Of a stretch of DNA of 64,000 bases, positions 38,543 to 49,186 are shown piece by piece. Position 1 is the stretch's first letter. Each line of letters opens with the position of its first letter. The stretch is from an uncultured Spirochaetota bacterium (GTDB lineage Bacteria; Spirochaetota; Brevinematia; Brevinematales; JAOACQ01): NCBI GenBank assembly GCA_963835575.1, contig CAWIGG010000002.1, positions 1,664,001-1,728,000 on the forward strand. The letters are read 5' to 3'. The translations under genes and the position numbers were made by a program. The notes under the pieces are model-generated. The model did not search any database, was not told where the DNA came from, and saw only the letters and a list, made by a program, of their open reading frames with translations.

Positions 38543-40444
38543 TCATTCCTTTTCCATTACTATTGGTGATAATATATTGAGGTGGCCGCTGGCTGCCTTC
38601 ATTTCAATTTCTTTCGTTTTGTAGCCTTCGGCATATAAAGATAATTTATACTTTCCCTTAGGAACATCAAAAAACATCAATCTTCCCTCTGAATAGAAAT
38701 CCTTGTAATCAGAATATAGAGATGAGAAAGATCTTGTTTGAGAATTATCCGGAATTATTTCGCGATGTAAACCCTGGCCTTCAAGAATTATCTTCGCGAG
38801 GTCAATATGCTGGTCAATTGCCTGCAGCATACCTCTGGAATTGGCCGGATTCGCTGTCGCGTTTACAACAGTTGCATACACAAGTATTTCTAAGCTGATC
38901 GAAAAAGAAAACTCATTTGTTCTTCCATTGGAAACAATCAGAGAAAACTTCTCGGGATTTGCCTTAAAACCGTAAGCCAATAAATTTAAACTATATTTCC
39001 CGGCAGGTATAGGGCCAATTACCTGCTTTCCCAGCAAAGGATCTAGATATAACATTTTTTCACTTTGAATTTCCTTCCTGGTTTTATTGTGTCGTATAAG
39101 TCTGGCATAAAACTGCAGCGGTACAACTTCTTCCGACAGACCATTTATTTGCAAGGAAATAAAGCCGCCTTTCAGTTCTGCAATCTTCCTGCTTTCAGCG
39201 TAAATAAGAGTTTGTATCTGCTGAATAACTTCCTTATCCTCTAATATGCCAGTATGACCGTCGTTAAATCCAAAAGTTCCCAATGATTCTAATTGGGCTC
39301 TTTCATCCAGCTGGCTCTCCAGAGTGATCGTCCCGTCATTAGCGGCTTTCCAGGGAACTCTGTCACCTTTGAATCCAAAAAACAGGTAAAAAGGGATTTG
39401 CCTGCCTATTTTTCTTATGTATAACGAAGAAATAAATTCACTTCCTGTAGCCAGGTCCCTCCAGCTATTCAAAACGACCGGAGAAGATTCAACACCTTTT
39501 TCGGCATCCTCGACCCCGCCCCATGGTGTACACAAAGTATAAAAACCGCGAATATACGGATAACTTTCCGCGAAATCAATCAGGAATTTCCTTGCCACCA
39601 ACCCGCCGATGCTATGCGCTACTATGTACAAACTATTAAAACGGTAATTCAGCTGCAGTTCACCAAGTTTCTTGTTTAATAGATTCGCCATTGATGTCAG
39701 ATGAGAACCTGAGGGATAATAATAAAACCATAGCTGATACTTCTTTCTATCGAACTGCTCCGCAAAAGCCTCGAAATTAACAGGTGAGCCCATAGCCCCA
39801 TGGATAAATAATACGGGAATTTTTTTGGGATCATATTTTTCAAGAAAATAAATATTTCCGCCGATATTCCGGAAAAATTCAACCGGTGCATAATATCCTT
39901 TTATTGCAGTCTCCAAAGAAAAAAGAGGGTCATCAAAAGAAAACAACGTCCCTGCAAGGGTACTGTGACGAGGATCAGGTCTGCCGTCTTTGACCTTGTA
40001 CCCAACCGGAAAATCTGTTCTTTCCAATCTTTTACTTGAAATGGCAATATCCAGATTTTGTATCAGCCCGCCGCCCTTTAATTCAATTTTATCAGGGGCT
40101 CCATATTGACCGGCAAATTCATTAAAGTCGAATACAAAATCATTGTTTTTATCTTCAAAGGCAAAAAGATAATAGTCGCCCTCACCAACCATTAACTCAT
40201 AGGATCCCGGGGCATCTAAATACGCATAGTGCTCAATGATAATCTCTTCATTGATTTTCTGATAAGCTACCACAATTATTGGACCTTTAATATCTTTGCT
40301 TCCTATGATCCTGCCTGATAAGATTGTTGAAGATAACGCTTTCCGAGTCTGTGAGGCAATAGTGAAAAGTGCGCATTGGAAAAGACTCAATATTATCATG
40401 AGTAAAATGAATAGGGGAATTACTTTTTTTATCAAAGTTATCAC
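38543..40444 (-). CDS. Exported alpha/beta-hydrolase (lipase-like) with accessory domains
   Basis: VLFIHG, AHSIGG nucleophile elbow, NDG, GH.GIL; N-terminal hydrophobic segment ending in Cys. Confidence 0.78.
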   Translation of the reverse strand: MITLIKKVIPLFILLMIILSLFQCALFTIASQTRKALSSTILSGRIIGSKDIKGPIIVVAYQKINEEIIIEHYAYLDAPGSYELMVGEGDYYLFAFEDKNNDFVFDFNEFAGQYGAPDKIELKGGGLIQNLDIAISSKRLERTDFPVGYKVKDGRPDPRHSTLAGTLFSFDDPLFSLETAIKGYYAPVEFFRNIGGNIYFLEKYDPKKIPVLFIHGAMGSPVNFEAFAEQFDRKKYQLWFYYYPSGSHLTSMANLLNKKLGELQLNYRFNSLYIVAHSIGGLVARKFLIDFAESYPYIRGFYTLCTPWGGVEDAEKGVESSPVVLNSWRDLATGSEFISSLYIRKIGRQIPFYLFFGFKGDRVPWKAANDGTITLESQLDERAQLESLGTFGFNDGHTGILEDKEVIQQIQTLIYAESRKIAELKGGFISLQINGLSEEVVPLQFYARLIRHNKTRKEIQSEKMLYLDPLLGKQVIGPIPAGKYSLNLLAYGFKANPEKFSLIVSNGRTNEFSFSISLEILVYATVVNATANPANSRGMLQAIDQHIDLAKIILEGQGLHREIIPDNSQTRSFSSLYSDYKDFYSEGRLMFFDVPKGKYKLSLYAEGYKTKEIEMKAASGHLNILSPIVMEKE

Positions 40445-41238
40445 CTCACCCTATCCATTGTGTTCGATGGAGAAAACTCCCCATTTACCATATTTGTTGA
40501 ATTTTCCGTACTGTTTGTATCCTGTGTTAATTTCATTTCAATATATTCCATAGAAGAATGTTTTGAGGTAATGATCTGGTCGTACAGGAATATTTTCGTG
40601 ATAAATGTTTTTCCCTCCCATTCCTTCGGCGCGGTATAGTAAGCGGTTGTCATTTTTTTTCCGCTGAGCGCGTAGAAGTCCGCCTTTACCGGCAGAAAAA
40701 TATCTTCATCCACCCACATTTTGATTTTATTATAATTCGCACCCCTGTCCTTCGCGGACAGTTCAAGAAAAAAACATTTTTTCGCGTTCGATTTGCTTCC
40801 GTCAGGATTCATCCCGGCAATCGAATCCTCTCCTTTCGGCTCCGCGTTGTAATCCTCAGCATAACTCACTCTGGCCACATCGCCATATGATACCCCTCCC
40901 ATCAGTCTTTGCGAAGCTGTAATGCGGATGGGATTTTTTGTATTCGGGACAACAATCCAGATATCATTATCATGGATCAATATCTTCCGGCCTATCATGC
41001 TCGCCGGTTCCAGATAGGTGATCATGGTCATTTTCCCCTCTTTCACATAACCCTTCATAACAGTGGAATCCTGAAACCGATCGTTTTTATAGCTTTCAAC
41101 CCGGATTGTCATTTCAAAATCATTGCTGATTAAGCGCTGGCTGTCTATTTTCTGAATAATCTCATCCGCCGTAATGGAATATCCCCCGGCGGACACACTC
41201 AGGATAAAAAATACAATGATTATTATTTTAAGTTTCAT
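40441..41238 (-). CDS. LolA-like outer-membrane lipoprotein-sorting protein
   Basis: Signal peptide; EPA...GRKIL, PIRIT.SQRLMG..SYGD, Y.KI..WVD; adjacent to Lol-type ABC genes. Confidence 0.8.
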   Translation of the reverse strand: MKLKIIIIVFFILSVSAGGYSITADEIIQKIDSQRLISNDFEMTIRVESYKNDRFQDSTVMKGYVKEGKMTMITYLEPASMIGRKILIHDNDIWIVVPNTKNPIRITASQRLMGGVSYGDVARVSYAEDYNAEPKGEDSIAGMNPDGSKSNAKKCFFLELSAKDRGANYNKIKMWVDEDIFLPVKADFYALSGKKMTTAYYTAPKEWEGKTFITKIFLYDQIITSKHSSMEYIEMKLTQDTNSTENSTNMVNGEFSPSNTMDRVR

Positions 41239-41246
41239 AGATCCTC

Positions 41247-42470
41247 CTATATCCAGCGTAATGCGTCTGTAATGGATATTTTAGATGCCCTTCTGGAAGG
41301 ATTGATGGAAGCGATCACAGCCACAAGAGCAAAAAGCAAAAGTGATAAAGCTATTACAAATAAATCCGGATGAAAATAAACATGTAAAACCACTGTCTCA
41401 TCCCCTTCCTTTATCATAACCGGCAGTCCGCCGATTAATTCAGTAAAACCTATAATTAAATAGCTGACAATTAGGCCGGTAATCCCTCCGATCAGTCCGA
41501 TCAAAGAGCTTTCGGCGATGAAAATCCTGGCTACCTGGCTTCTTTTAGTCCCAAGGGCGCGGATTGTCCCGATTTCCCGGACCCTGTCATAAAGGTTCAT
41601 ATTCACTGTATTGGATATTGTAAATGTGACAATCCCGAGAATAATTAATATGATAATAGTAAATACCGCATTATACATCAATTTAACGCTCTGGTAAAAT
41701 TCCGCCAGCGATTCCCAGACCTTATATTCCAGTTTATATTTTCTGGAAATTGCATCGATTTCCGGGAGAATTTTCCGGGTATCCGCGGTGTTTTTCAAAA
41801 GAACCACTATTTTCTGGACACTGTATCCGGTATTGAGCAGGTTTTGTATTTTTCCCAGCGATGCCGCTGCCGAAATATTATCCGCATCCGCATATCCGGT
41901 GTGAGTTAAACCTATCACCTCGAAATCCACGGCGTTTATTCCGCCGCCCTTCATGTTTCCCATTAATGTCAATGTGTCGCCGATTTTAGCCGAGAGCTTT
42001 TTTGCCAGACCATCCCCGATAATCAATCCGTCAGGTTTTGCCGAACTCAAATTTGTACCGCTGATCAGGCCTGAATAGAAATTGAGCCTTGACTCATTTT
42101 CAGGATTCCCGGCTTCACCTATGACCACAGCGGATTTTTCGCCGGATGAGAGGATCCCGCTGAAAGCCATACGGGTAGTCACCAGTTCTACTCCGGGTAT
42201 ACTCCGCAATTCTTTTAAAACCGGAGCGGTATTTTTGATCAGATATTGAAAAGGATCATCACTGCCGTATTTTGAAAAACCTTCCGAATATAACTGGTAG
42301 TGTCCGATCCCGCTATGGATCATGGATTCTTTCAGCTCATTCGAGTTCCAGTTGAAGAAACCATGGGTCAACAGGCAGGCTGTCATTCCAATTATAATTG
42401 AAATCATGGTAATCAAAGAACGCCTGAAATTTTTTATGATATTCCTGAACCCGACTTTTAAATAAAACAA
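41247..42470 (-). CDS. LolC/E (FtsX-like) ABC permease
   Basis: RNIIKNFRRS, DRVREIGTIRALG, PSRRASK. Confidence 0.9.
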   Translation of the reverse strand: MFYLKVGFRNIIKNFRRSLITMISIIIGMTACLLTHGFFNWNSNELKESMIHSGIGHYQLYSEGFSKYGSDDPFQYLIKNTAPVLKELRSIPGVELVTTRMAFSGILSSGEKSAVVIGEAGNPENESRLNFYSGLISGTNLSSAKPDGLIIGDGLAKKLSAKIGDTLTLMGNMKGGGINAVDFEVIGLTHTGYADADNISAAASLGKIQNLLNTGYSVQKIVVLLKNTADTRKILPEIDAISRKYKLEYKVWESLAEFYQSVKLMYNAVFTIIILIILGIVTFTISNTVNMNLYDRVREIGTIRALGTKRSQVARIFIAESSLIGLIGGITGLIVSYLIIGFTELIGGLPVMIKEGDETVVLHVYFHPDLFVIALSLLLFALVAVIASINPSRRASKISITDALRWI

Positions 42471-42482
42471 ACAGCCTCCCTC

Positions 42483-43709
42483 TTAAATCCAGCGAAGGGC
42501 ATCTACTATCTGAAGCCGTGCCGCGCGGAATGCCGGATAAAATCCGGCAGCCGCCGCTGTTATTGAAAAAAGCAGCCATAACCAGAGCGCCTGAATAAGA
42601 TCCGGCTTGAAAAGCGCAATATATCCTCTGGCCTGACCCGGAGGCGGCGGAATGGGAATGCCGCCCAGCGTATTGAACAGGAACGCCAATCCATAACCCG
42701 CGATGATACCGAAAAACCCTCCGATCAGACCGATCAATAAGCTTTCGGATATGAATATTTTCCCAACCTGGAACCTTGTTGTCCCGAGCGACCTGATGGT
42801 GCCGATTTCCCGCACCCTCTCCTGCATGGCAAGATTTAAAGTATTGGTGATCGAGAAGATCACGACTAATATAATAATCATCATCATAAGCATGTATACC
42901 AAATCATAAAACAACTTCGGCTGGGTGTACTGCACTCCCGCCAGCTGACGCCAGTCGAGGTATTCCAGTCCCATTTTATCACAGAGCTTCCTGATGGACG
43001 GCTCTATTTTCTGCAGGTCTTCCGTATTATTTAATAATACAATGACCCGGTCCGCTGAGCCGGGCAGGTTTAACAGGTTCTGTATTGTTTTCAGGTTGGC
43101 AAGCATCAGCACATCATCGTAAGCTTTTATCTGCGCTCCGATTATGCCGGTAATATTCAAATCCACAGCGTTAACACCGCCGCCCTTTATTGTCGACATG
43201 ACCGTAATAGAATTCCCCACACCCGCATTTAATTTCCGGGCGACACCGCTTCCGATCATAACCCCATAAGGCTTTTCATCCTTCAGAAAGGACCCGTCTT
43301 TTAGGGTCGCAAAAGTATTCAAGCCCTGCTCTTCCCTGGAGAGGCCGGCCATGCCCAGAACAATGGCGCTTTTCTCGCCGGATGAGACAATCCCCTGGAA
43401 ACTCAGACGCGGAGCAAAAAGCTTAATCCCCGGTATCCGGGCCAGTTCCTGTAAAACCGCTTTATAATTGGTAATCAAATATTTATAGGGTTCTTCATTA
43501 CTGTGTTCGAGATAACCTTTCCGGTATAACTGAAAGTGCCCCAGCCCGCCGTTAATCAGGGATTCCCTCAAGCCCCAGAGCGTATGGGACATGAATCCCT
43601 GCGCCAGAAGGCATGCGCCCAGCCCGATCACAATGGTCAGCATCGTCTTAACAGAACGCCTGTAGTTTTTCAGGAGGTTGCGGAGCCCCAGTTTAATATA
43701 AAACAGCAT
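42483..43709 (-). CDS. LolC/E (FtsX-like) ABC permease
   Basis: RNLLKNYRRS, ERVREIGTIRSLG, PAFRAARL; paralogue of the neighbour. Confidence 0.9.
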   Translation of the reverse strand: MLFYIKLGLRNLLKNYRRSVKTMLTIVIGLGACLLAQGFMSHTLWGLRESLINGGLGHFQLYRKGYLEHSNEEPYKYLITNYKAVLQELARIPGIKLFAPRLSFQGIVSSGEKSAIVLGMAGLSREEQGLNTFATLKDGSFLKDEKPYGVMIGSGVARKLNAGVGNSITVMSTIKGGGVNAVDLNITGIIGAQIKAYDDVLMLANLKTIQNLLNLPGSADRVIVLLNNTEDLQKIEPSIRKLCDKMGLEYLDWRQLAGVQYTQPKLFYDLVYMLMMMIIILVVIFSITNTLNLAMQERVREIGTIRSLGTTRFQVGKIFISESLLIGLIGGFFGIIAGYGLAFLFNTLGGIPIPPPPGQARGYIALFKPDLIQALWLWLLFSITAAAAGFYPAFRAARLQIVDALRWI

Positions 43710-43712
43710 AAT

Positions 43713-44384
43713 TCATCCCGCCTGCCGGACCAGTTCGCCGTCAAGTATATGGATTATCCGCTTGGCGTATTTTGCGACCATGTCGCTGTGAGTAGAAAAA
43801 AGGAAGGTGACATTATGACGGGCATTCAACTCCAGGAGAAGCGATATGATTTTCCCGCCTGTTTTTGAATCCAGATTTGCGGTCGGTTCATCCGCGAGAA
43901 TTATATCAGGGTCCGTTACAAGAGCTCTCGCGATCGCCACCCTTTGCCTCTGCCCGCCGGAAAGCTCATCCGGCCTGTGCTTCATATAATCTTTAAGCCC
44001 GACGGATTCAATCGTCTGCATCACTTTTTCTTTGTTAACTTTCCCGCCCCGTATCATCAGCGGATATTCTACATTTTCATACACATTCAATACAGACATC
44101 AAATTGAAACTCTGGAAGATAAAACCGATATGCCGGTTTCTGAAAACGGATAATTTATTATCCTTCATCTTCCGGATCTTTTCACCATGGATCTCGACGT
44201 CCCCTTCCGTCGGATTGTCCAGACAGCCGATGATGTGCAGAAGAGTGGATTTACCGGCCCCGGACGGGCCCATCAGGGATATAAAATCCCCTCTTTCGAT
44301 ATCCAGGTTCACATTCTTCAGCGCTGTGATCTCCACTTTATCCATTTTATAAATTTTTGATACATTCTTCGTACAAATCAGCAT
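43713..44384 (-). CDS. LolD-like ABC ATP-binding protein
   Basis: [26 protein letters not shown]; start moved to MLICTK at 44384. Confidence 0.92.
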   Translation of the reverse strand: MLICTKNVSKIYKMDKVEITALKNVNLDIERGDFISLMGPSGAGKSTLLHIIGCLDNPTEGDVEIHGEKIRKMKDNKLSVFRNRHIGFIFQSFNLMSVLNVYENVEYPLMIRGGKVNKEKVMQTIESVGLKDYMKHRPDELSGGQRQRVAIARALVTDPDIILADEPTANLDSKTGGKIISLLLELNARHNVTFLFSTHSDMVAKYAKRIIHILDGELVRQAG

Positions 44385-44513
44385 ATTTCTCCTCTTTAAT
44401 TCCAACTTAAAAAATTGTAACAAAAAGATATAATAAATGCAAAAAAATTCTATTTATAACAGGTTTTTGTTTGATACTGCAGGTTATCCTGTAATGACAG
44501 ACATTAGAGAATC

Positions 44514-44545
44514 TTATCTGCCCATGAATTTCCATGGGCAGATAA
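44514..44545. terminator. Hairpin downstream of P13-like gene 1
   Basis: TTATCTGCCCATG / CATGGGCAGATAA, 13-bp stem. Confidence 0.55.
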
Positions 44546-44558
44546 TTGAAAATTAATG

Positions 44559-45221
44559 TCAGAAACTGTATGACAGCAGATTCATGTGAAAAAGTTCGGG
44601 CGATACCCTTGACGTACTTATATTGTCAGCCGTCATCCTGTGATCAAACTCGATTGAATCGATAGCTGTAATTCCAAGCCCGGCTTTCAGCTTATTATTA
44701 TAGCCATCGGCATACAATAAAGCGCTGGCAGTAGAATAAATCTCAAATCCTATCATAAGCACTAAACCGGCTACCATAACATAAAGGCCGCCAGTATCAA
44801 CCGTATTGTAACTGCTCGCACTTGAGCTGCCGGTCGCAGAATACAAGGAACTGTAAAATTGCACATAACCAACCATATAAACAACAGTACTGCCGGCAAA
44901 ACCGGCCACACTGACAACACCGCCGACACTGTCGCCGACAAGCCAGTTGCCCAATGAAGGAACTACAAGACTCAACCATCCAAGAGGACGGATCTTTTTG
45001 TTTTCATCAAACAGCGTCATTTTTGACTCTTCGTTCAATTTTGAAGAAACAGTCTGCATTTGTTCCACTCCGCCTTTTTCCAGGAAAACGCGGGAATCGA
45101 TCATAGATTGAGTTTTGATTATACCATCATCACCAGCCGATGCAGATGTCTTGTCCTCAGCAATGGCTGACAGCGGCAATAATACAAACATTAAACAACA
45201 CAGGCACAGAATTCCTTTCAT
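44559..45221 (-). CDS. P13-family (Borrelia-type) porin-like membrane protein
   Basis: Signal peptide; L..PSLGNWLVGD..GG and YADGYNNKLKAGL resemble P13 motifs (GIGSF.QGD..GG; FANSYNRKLK) as recalled; C-terminal Phe. Confidence 0.65.
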   Translation of the reverse strand: MKGILCLCCLMFVLLPLSAIAEDKTSASAGDDGIIKTQSMIDSRVFLEKGGVEQMQTVSSKLNEESKMTLFDENKKIRPLGWLSLVVPSLGNWLVGDSVGGVVSVAGFAGSTVVYMVGYVQFYSSLYSATGSSSASSYNTVDTGGLYVMVAGLVLMIGFEIYSTASALLYADGYNNKLKAGLGITAIDSIEFDHRMTADNISTSRVSPELFHMNLLSYSF

Positions 45222-46043
45222 GTTAATCCTCCATATAAAATATCAACTTAAAATTCTAATGAATTCAATTTTAAAAATCAATATATTTATAATTCTTATA
45301 ATAATACCGGATGTCCATTCAAATTTTGTAATAATTTTAAATTAAATTTATTTAGATAATATATCGTCCTAGGCTATTGCTGTTTTAAATTTTTCAATAC
45401 ACATAAAAAACATGCCTGTGGAGTCCATAGGCATATGATTAAACATTTTAATTAGAAGCTGTAAGACAGCAGATCCATATGAAATATCTCCGTTGCAGAT
45501 TTTTCTTTATTCAAGTCCTGTAAAGCCGTCTTATGGTTGTACTCGATGGGATCGATTTCGGTGATGCCGAGACCGGCCTTCAGCCTGGTGTTGTAATTGT
45601 AGAATAGGCGCTGGCAATGGAGTAGATATCAAAGGACAACGAAATCGCCGGATAGATCATCATAATCACATATCCGACTAACAGGTTATCCATATTTTCT
45701 GTAATCACAGCCGAAATTAATATTCCATAACCTACAGTAAATACCGCAAGACCGGTCACGTGACCGACAATGGTGGTAACGGCGCCGTCTTTATCCCCTA
45801 CAATCCAGTTCCCCAGCGAAGGCAGCGCCAAATTCAGCCATCCCCATGCACCGTACTTCTGGTTCTGGGAATAAAGCATTTCCTTCAAATCGCTGTCCAG
45901 GTTCACCGAGACCGATTTCATTTTTTCCGCACCCCCATTTTCCAGAAAAACACGGGAATCAATCATAGATTGGGTTTTAATCAGGGCATCATCCCCGGCG
46001 TTCTTATCCTCAGCAATGGCTAAAAGCGGGAATAATACTAAAA

Positions 46044-47327
46044 GGGCGGTTTGAAAAACCCACGTATCATATACAAATAGTATATAAAAACATATAATCA
46101 TAGTCAAAGAAAACAGAGGTAAGGCTATGACAAAAATTAAGCGGAAAGACCGTAACTTGTTTGAATATCAGGAGCGGATGGAAAAGCTAAGCGGCGTAAA
46201 AACACCGCTGGATAAGCTTAACAGGGTTGTAGACTTTGAGATGTTCCGGCCGCTGTTAACAGAGATTTTGGCGCCGAAAGAGCAGAAGGCGCCGGGCGGA
46301 GCGCCACATTATGACTATGTTTTCATGTTCAAGATACTGATATTCCAGAGGTATTACAATCTTTCCGATGAGCAAGCGGAATTTCAGATCAATGACAGGT
46401 TATCCGTTCAGCGATATCTTGGGATAACACTTTCGGACAAAGTTCCGGACTACAGTAAAATCTGGGAATTCAAGGAAAAACTGATGAAAGCGAAAGCAAT
46501 AGAGAAACTTTTTAAAATATTCGATGAGAATCTTGAGAATAAAGGTGTGATAGGGAAAGCGGGCGTTATGGTAGACGCAAGTTTTGTGGATGTTCCCCGG
46601 CAGAGGAACAGCCGCGAAGAAAACAAGAAAATAAAAGAAGGCGAGGTTCCGGAAGATTGGAAAGATAATACGCATAAGCTTTCCCATAAAGACACGGATG
46701 CGCGCTGGATGACCAAGAATAAAGAGAGGCATTACGGATACAAAAACCATACAAAGGTTGATGTGAAGTCAAAACTTATTCGTTCTTATGTCACGACAGA
46801 TGCGAGCGTTCACGATTCACAGGTAGTTGAACCTCTATTGAATGAGAAAGACAAAGGGAAGCCGTTTTACGCGGACAGCGCATATGTTGGCCCAACGGTA
46901 GCAGGAATATTAGAAAAATTTGAGATGAAAAACCGGATTCACGAAAAAGGATACAGAAATAAGCCATTGACGGAGAAGCAGAAAGAAAAAAATAGAAGAA
47001 AGAGCCGCATCCGAGTTCGTGTTGAGCATGTTTTTGGTTTTGTTGAAAATAGTATGAACGGCAGTACAATACGATCGATAGGAAAAGAAAGGGCAGAGAG
47101 CCAAATCGGGCTGATGAATCTGGTTTATAATTTAGCACGGTATGTTGTGGTAAAAGGTCGAATTGCGTCTTGTGCGGCTTAAAATGCAGAAGATATGGAT
47201 AATATTGCCCGTGTTTGGCTGAATTTTGGTAATAGAAACAGTTTTTAACCTGTTGGCAGAAATATTTTGAAAATATTTTCTATTATCAGGGAAGTGTTGA
47301 TAAATTAGGCGGTTTTTAAAACCGCCC
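46044..47327 (+). mobile_element. IS5-family insertion sequence, copy 2 (1284 bp)
   Basis: Same IRs as copy 1; TAAAA duplicated (46039-46043, 47328-47332). Confidence 0.93.
46127..47182 (+). CDS. IS5-family DDE transposase
   Basis: Protein identical to 10505..11560. Confidence 0.95.
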   Translation: MTKIKRKDRNLFEYQERMEKLSGVKTPLDKLNRVVDFEMFRPLLTEILAPKEQKAPGGAPHYDYVFMFKILIFQRYYNLSDEQAEFQINDRLSVQRYLGITLSDKVPDYSKIWEFKEKLMKAKAIEKLFKIFDENLENKGVIGKAGVMVDASFVDVPRQRNSREENKKIKEGEVPEDWKDNTHKLSHKDTDARWMTKNKERHYGYKNHTKVDVKSKLIRSYVTTDASVHDSQVVEPLLNEKDKGKPFYADSAYVGPTVAGILEKFEMKNRIHEKGYRNKPLTEKQKEKNRRKSRIRVRVEHVFGFVENSMNGSTIRSIGKERAESQIGLMNLVYNLARYVVVKGRIASCAA

Positions 47328-47511
47328 TAAAATTAAAACTTGTAAGCACAGAATTCTCTTCATTCTAATCCTCCTTGGTTACACATATTTACAACAATAT
47401 TCTAAAATAATTATAAAAAGAGGGAGAATATTTTTCAATCTGGATATATGAACACGGACAATTCTTTTTAGAAAAAGATGAAAATCGAATAAAAAACACC
47501 TGGTGATAGGC

Positions 47512-48271
47512 TTAATTCTTTTCCGGCAAAAAAAGTTTTTTTGCCGGATCAGATTTTATAAAATCTGAAAAAGCGGCGTTCCAGGCATCCCAGTCATGGC
47601 CTCCTTCAGCCCAGAAAACCATATCCGGAGATAGCGCACGGGCCACTAGATCCTGCATTCTATGATACCGGTCATCCTTTCCTGCCAGAAAAAACTATCC
47701 TGGGGTATTTCCCTGATGCATCCTGAATACAGTTTTTGAGATAAACCCAGGTATCCCGGACATAATCCAATCCCGGGGTACCTTTTGATTCCCACTTGAG
47801 CAAACCGCCCGCTTGAGCTATTTCATTGACGATTTGTCCTTCTTCAATATAAGGGCCGAGCAGAATAATTCCCTTAATTTTTCCCGGATTTTTCTGCCCA
47901 TAAAGCAATGCGCCGAATGAACCCATGGAATTTCCAATAAACCAGTAGTTCCTGTATTTTGAAAGTTCGGGCCTTCCAAATACATCTGTATTAAGCCGTA
48001 TAAGGAGCGACCTGTCTAAATAATAGGGTAATTCGGCATCCACCGATACGCAGTCAACCGGAAGCCCGCTGGTCCTTATAATTCTAAGAAGTCCCTGAGA
48101 ATCAAAATCCGTCAAATCGCTTCCCCGGCCCGGAAGAAAAATCAGAAGATTATCCTGTGTTTCTGAAGGTTTGAAAAGATAGCTTTGCGATCGCAAGTAT
48201 TTTGTGGAAAAGCATGAAAAAAAGAGAAAGAATACAAAGATTATGGCCAATAGAATATATTTCTTCATCAT
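47512..48271 (-). pseudogene. Alpha/beta-hydrolase lipoprotein with apparent +1 frameshift
   Basis: FLPGRG and GNSMG in the first frame; removing one base of the A6 run (47689-47694) continues ...GKDDRY...EGGHDWDAW to a stop at 47512. Confidence 0.75.
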
Positions 48272-48442
48272 AACCTCCCAAAAAAATATTTTGACTAAAT
48301 CCGGGGGAAAAATAATCTTGCAAATTTTATAATTAAAGATAGAACTTCTTCTTTCTATGTCAAAGAAACATCGGATTTTTTTACAAAGCAGTTAATGACG
48401 GTTTAAGGTATTTAGCGTTCACATTATACGGAAGGGTTTAAT

Positions 48443-49183
48443 CTAATTGTTTTCCCGAAGTATTTTTTGAATAGCCTGCCGAGTTTTATCCCGCATCGCG
48501 GTGATTTCCAGCTGACGGTCGCCATGCCCGGACGGATAAATGGGGTCCAGCAGGACCAGCTTGATACGGCTTGGAGAAATACTGCGTCTGCCGGGCGCCA
48601 TAAATTTTCCAGCGCCGAGTATACAGACCGGCACAACAGGGTATCCGGTTTCCATGGAAAGAGCAAAAGCGCCTTTTTTAAAACGGCCCAGACGGCCGTC
48701 GCGGGAACGATGTCCTTCCGGCCACATAATCAGTGAAACGCCTGATTTCAGCAATTCCGTTCCTCTCTGACTGATCCGCTCCCAGCCTTCATGAGCACTG
48801 ATATAACCGGCAAGCCGCATGAGCGGGCCATAGACGGGAATTTTAAAAGGCCATGATGTAACAAAGCAGGCATTTATCAATAGAGCGCCGAACAGATAAG
48901 GATCTATTGCAGAGGTATGATTGGCAACCAGGATGCATGGTTTGGGGAATTTTCCCGCTCGATACTCGACCCTGGCAGGGGCAAAAAAAGGTACCATACA
49001 GACGAGCATCCACCCGTATATGCTGATTCCCCACCTGAGCGCATGATCAATGGTCCGGCCCAGGAAAACGGCAAAAACCAGAAGAATAAATGGAAGAACA
49101 GCCAGACCCAGAATTGTCACAACTATAAACATGGGCCAGTAATAGATATTTAAAAGTATTTTCTTCATGATCACCGCCGTCAT
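48443..49183 (-). CDS. PlsC-like lysophospholipid acyltransferase
   Basis: ANHTSAID (HxxxxD), WPEGHRS, FKKGAF. Confidence 0.9.
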   Translation of the reverse strand: MTAVIMKKILLNIYYWPMFIVVTILGLAVLPFILLVFAVFLGRTIDHALRWGISIYGWMLVCMVPFFAPARVEYRAGKFPKPCILVANHTSAIDPYLFGALLINACFVTSWPFKIPVYGPLMRLAGYISAHEGWERISQRGTELLKSGVSLIMWPEGHRSRDGRLGRFKKGAFALSMETGYPVVPVCILGAGKFMAPGRRSISPSRIKLVLLDPIYPSGHGDRQLEITAMRDKTRQAIQKILRENN

Positions 49184-49186
49184 AAA

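Larger units (their letters stand above)
45452..47363 (-). pseudogene. Second P13-like paralogue disrupted by IS5 and by a frameshift
   Basis: Removing the IS and one TAAAA copy restores MKRILCLQVLILVLFPLLAIAEDK; the C-terminus NYNTRLKAGLG...MDLLSYSF* lies in a different frame after ~45600. Confidence 0.85.

Noticed and set aside
38028..38580. Three short overlapping ORFs between the barrel and hydrolase genes
   Set aside because: Mutually overlapping, no motifs, conflict with neighbours; likely spurious
45580..46107. 175-aa ORF as an independent gene
   Set aside because: Its N-terminus is read from the IS5 left end; it is the middle fragment of the disrupted P13-like gene
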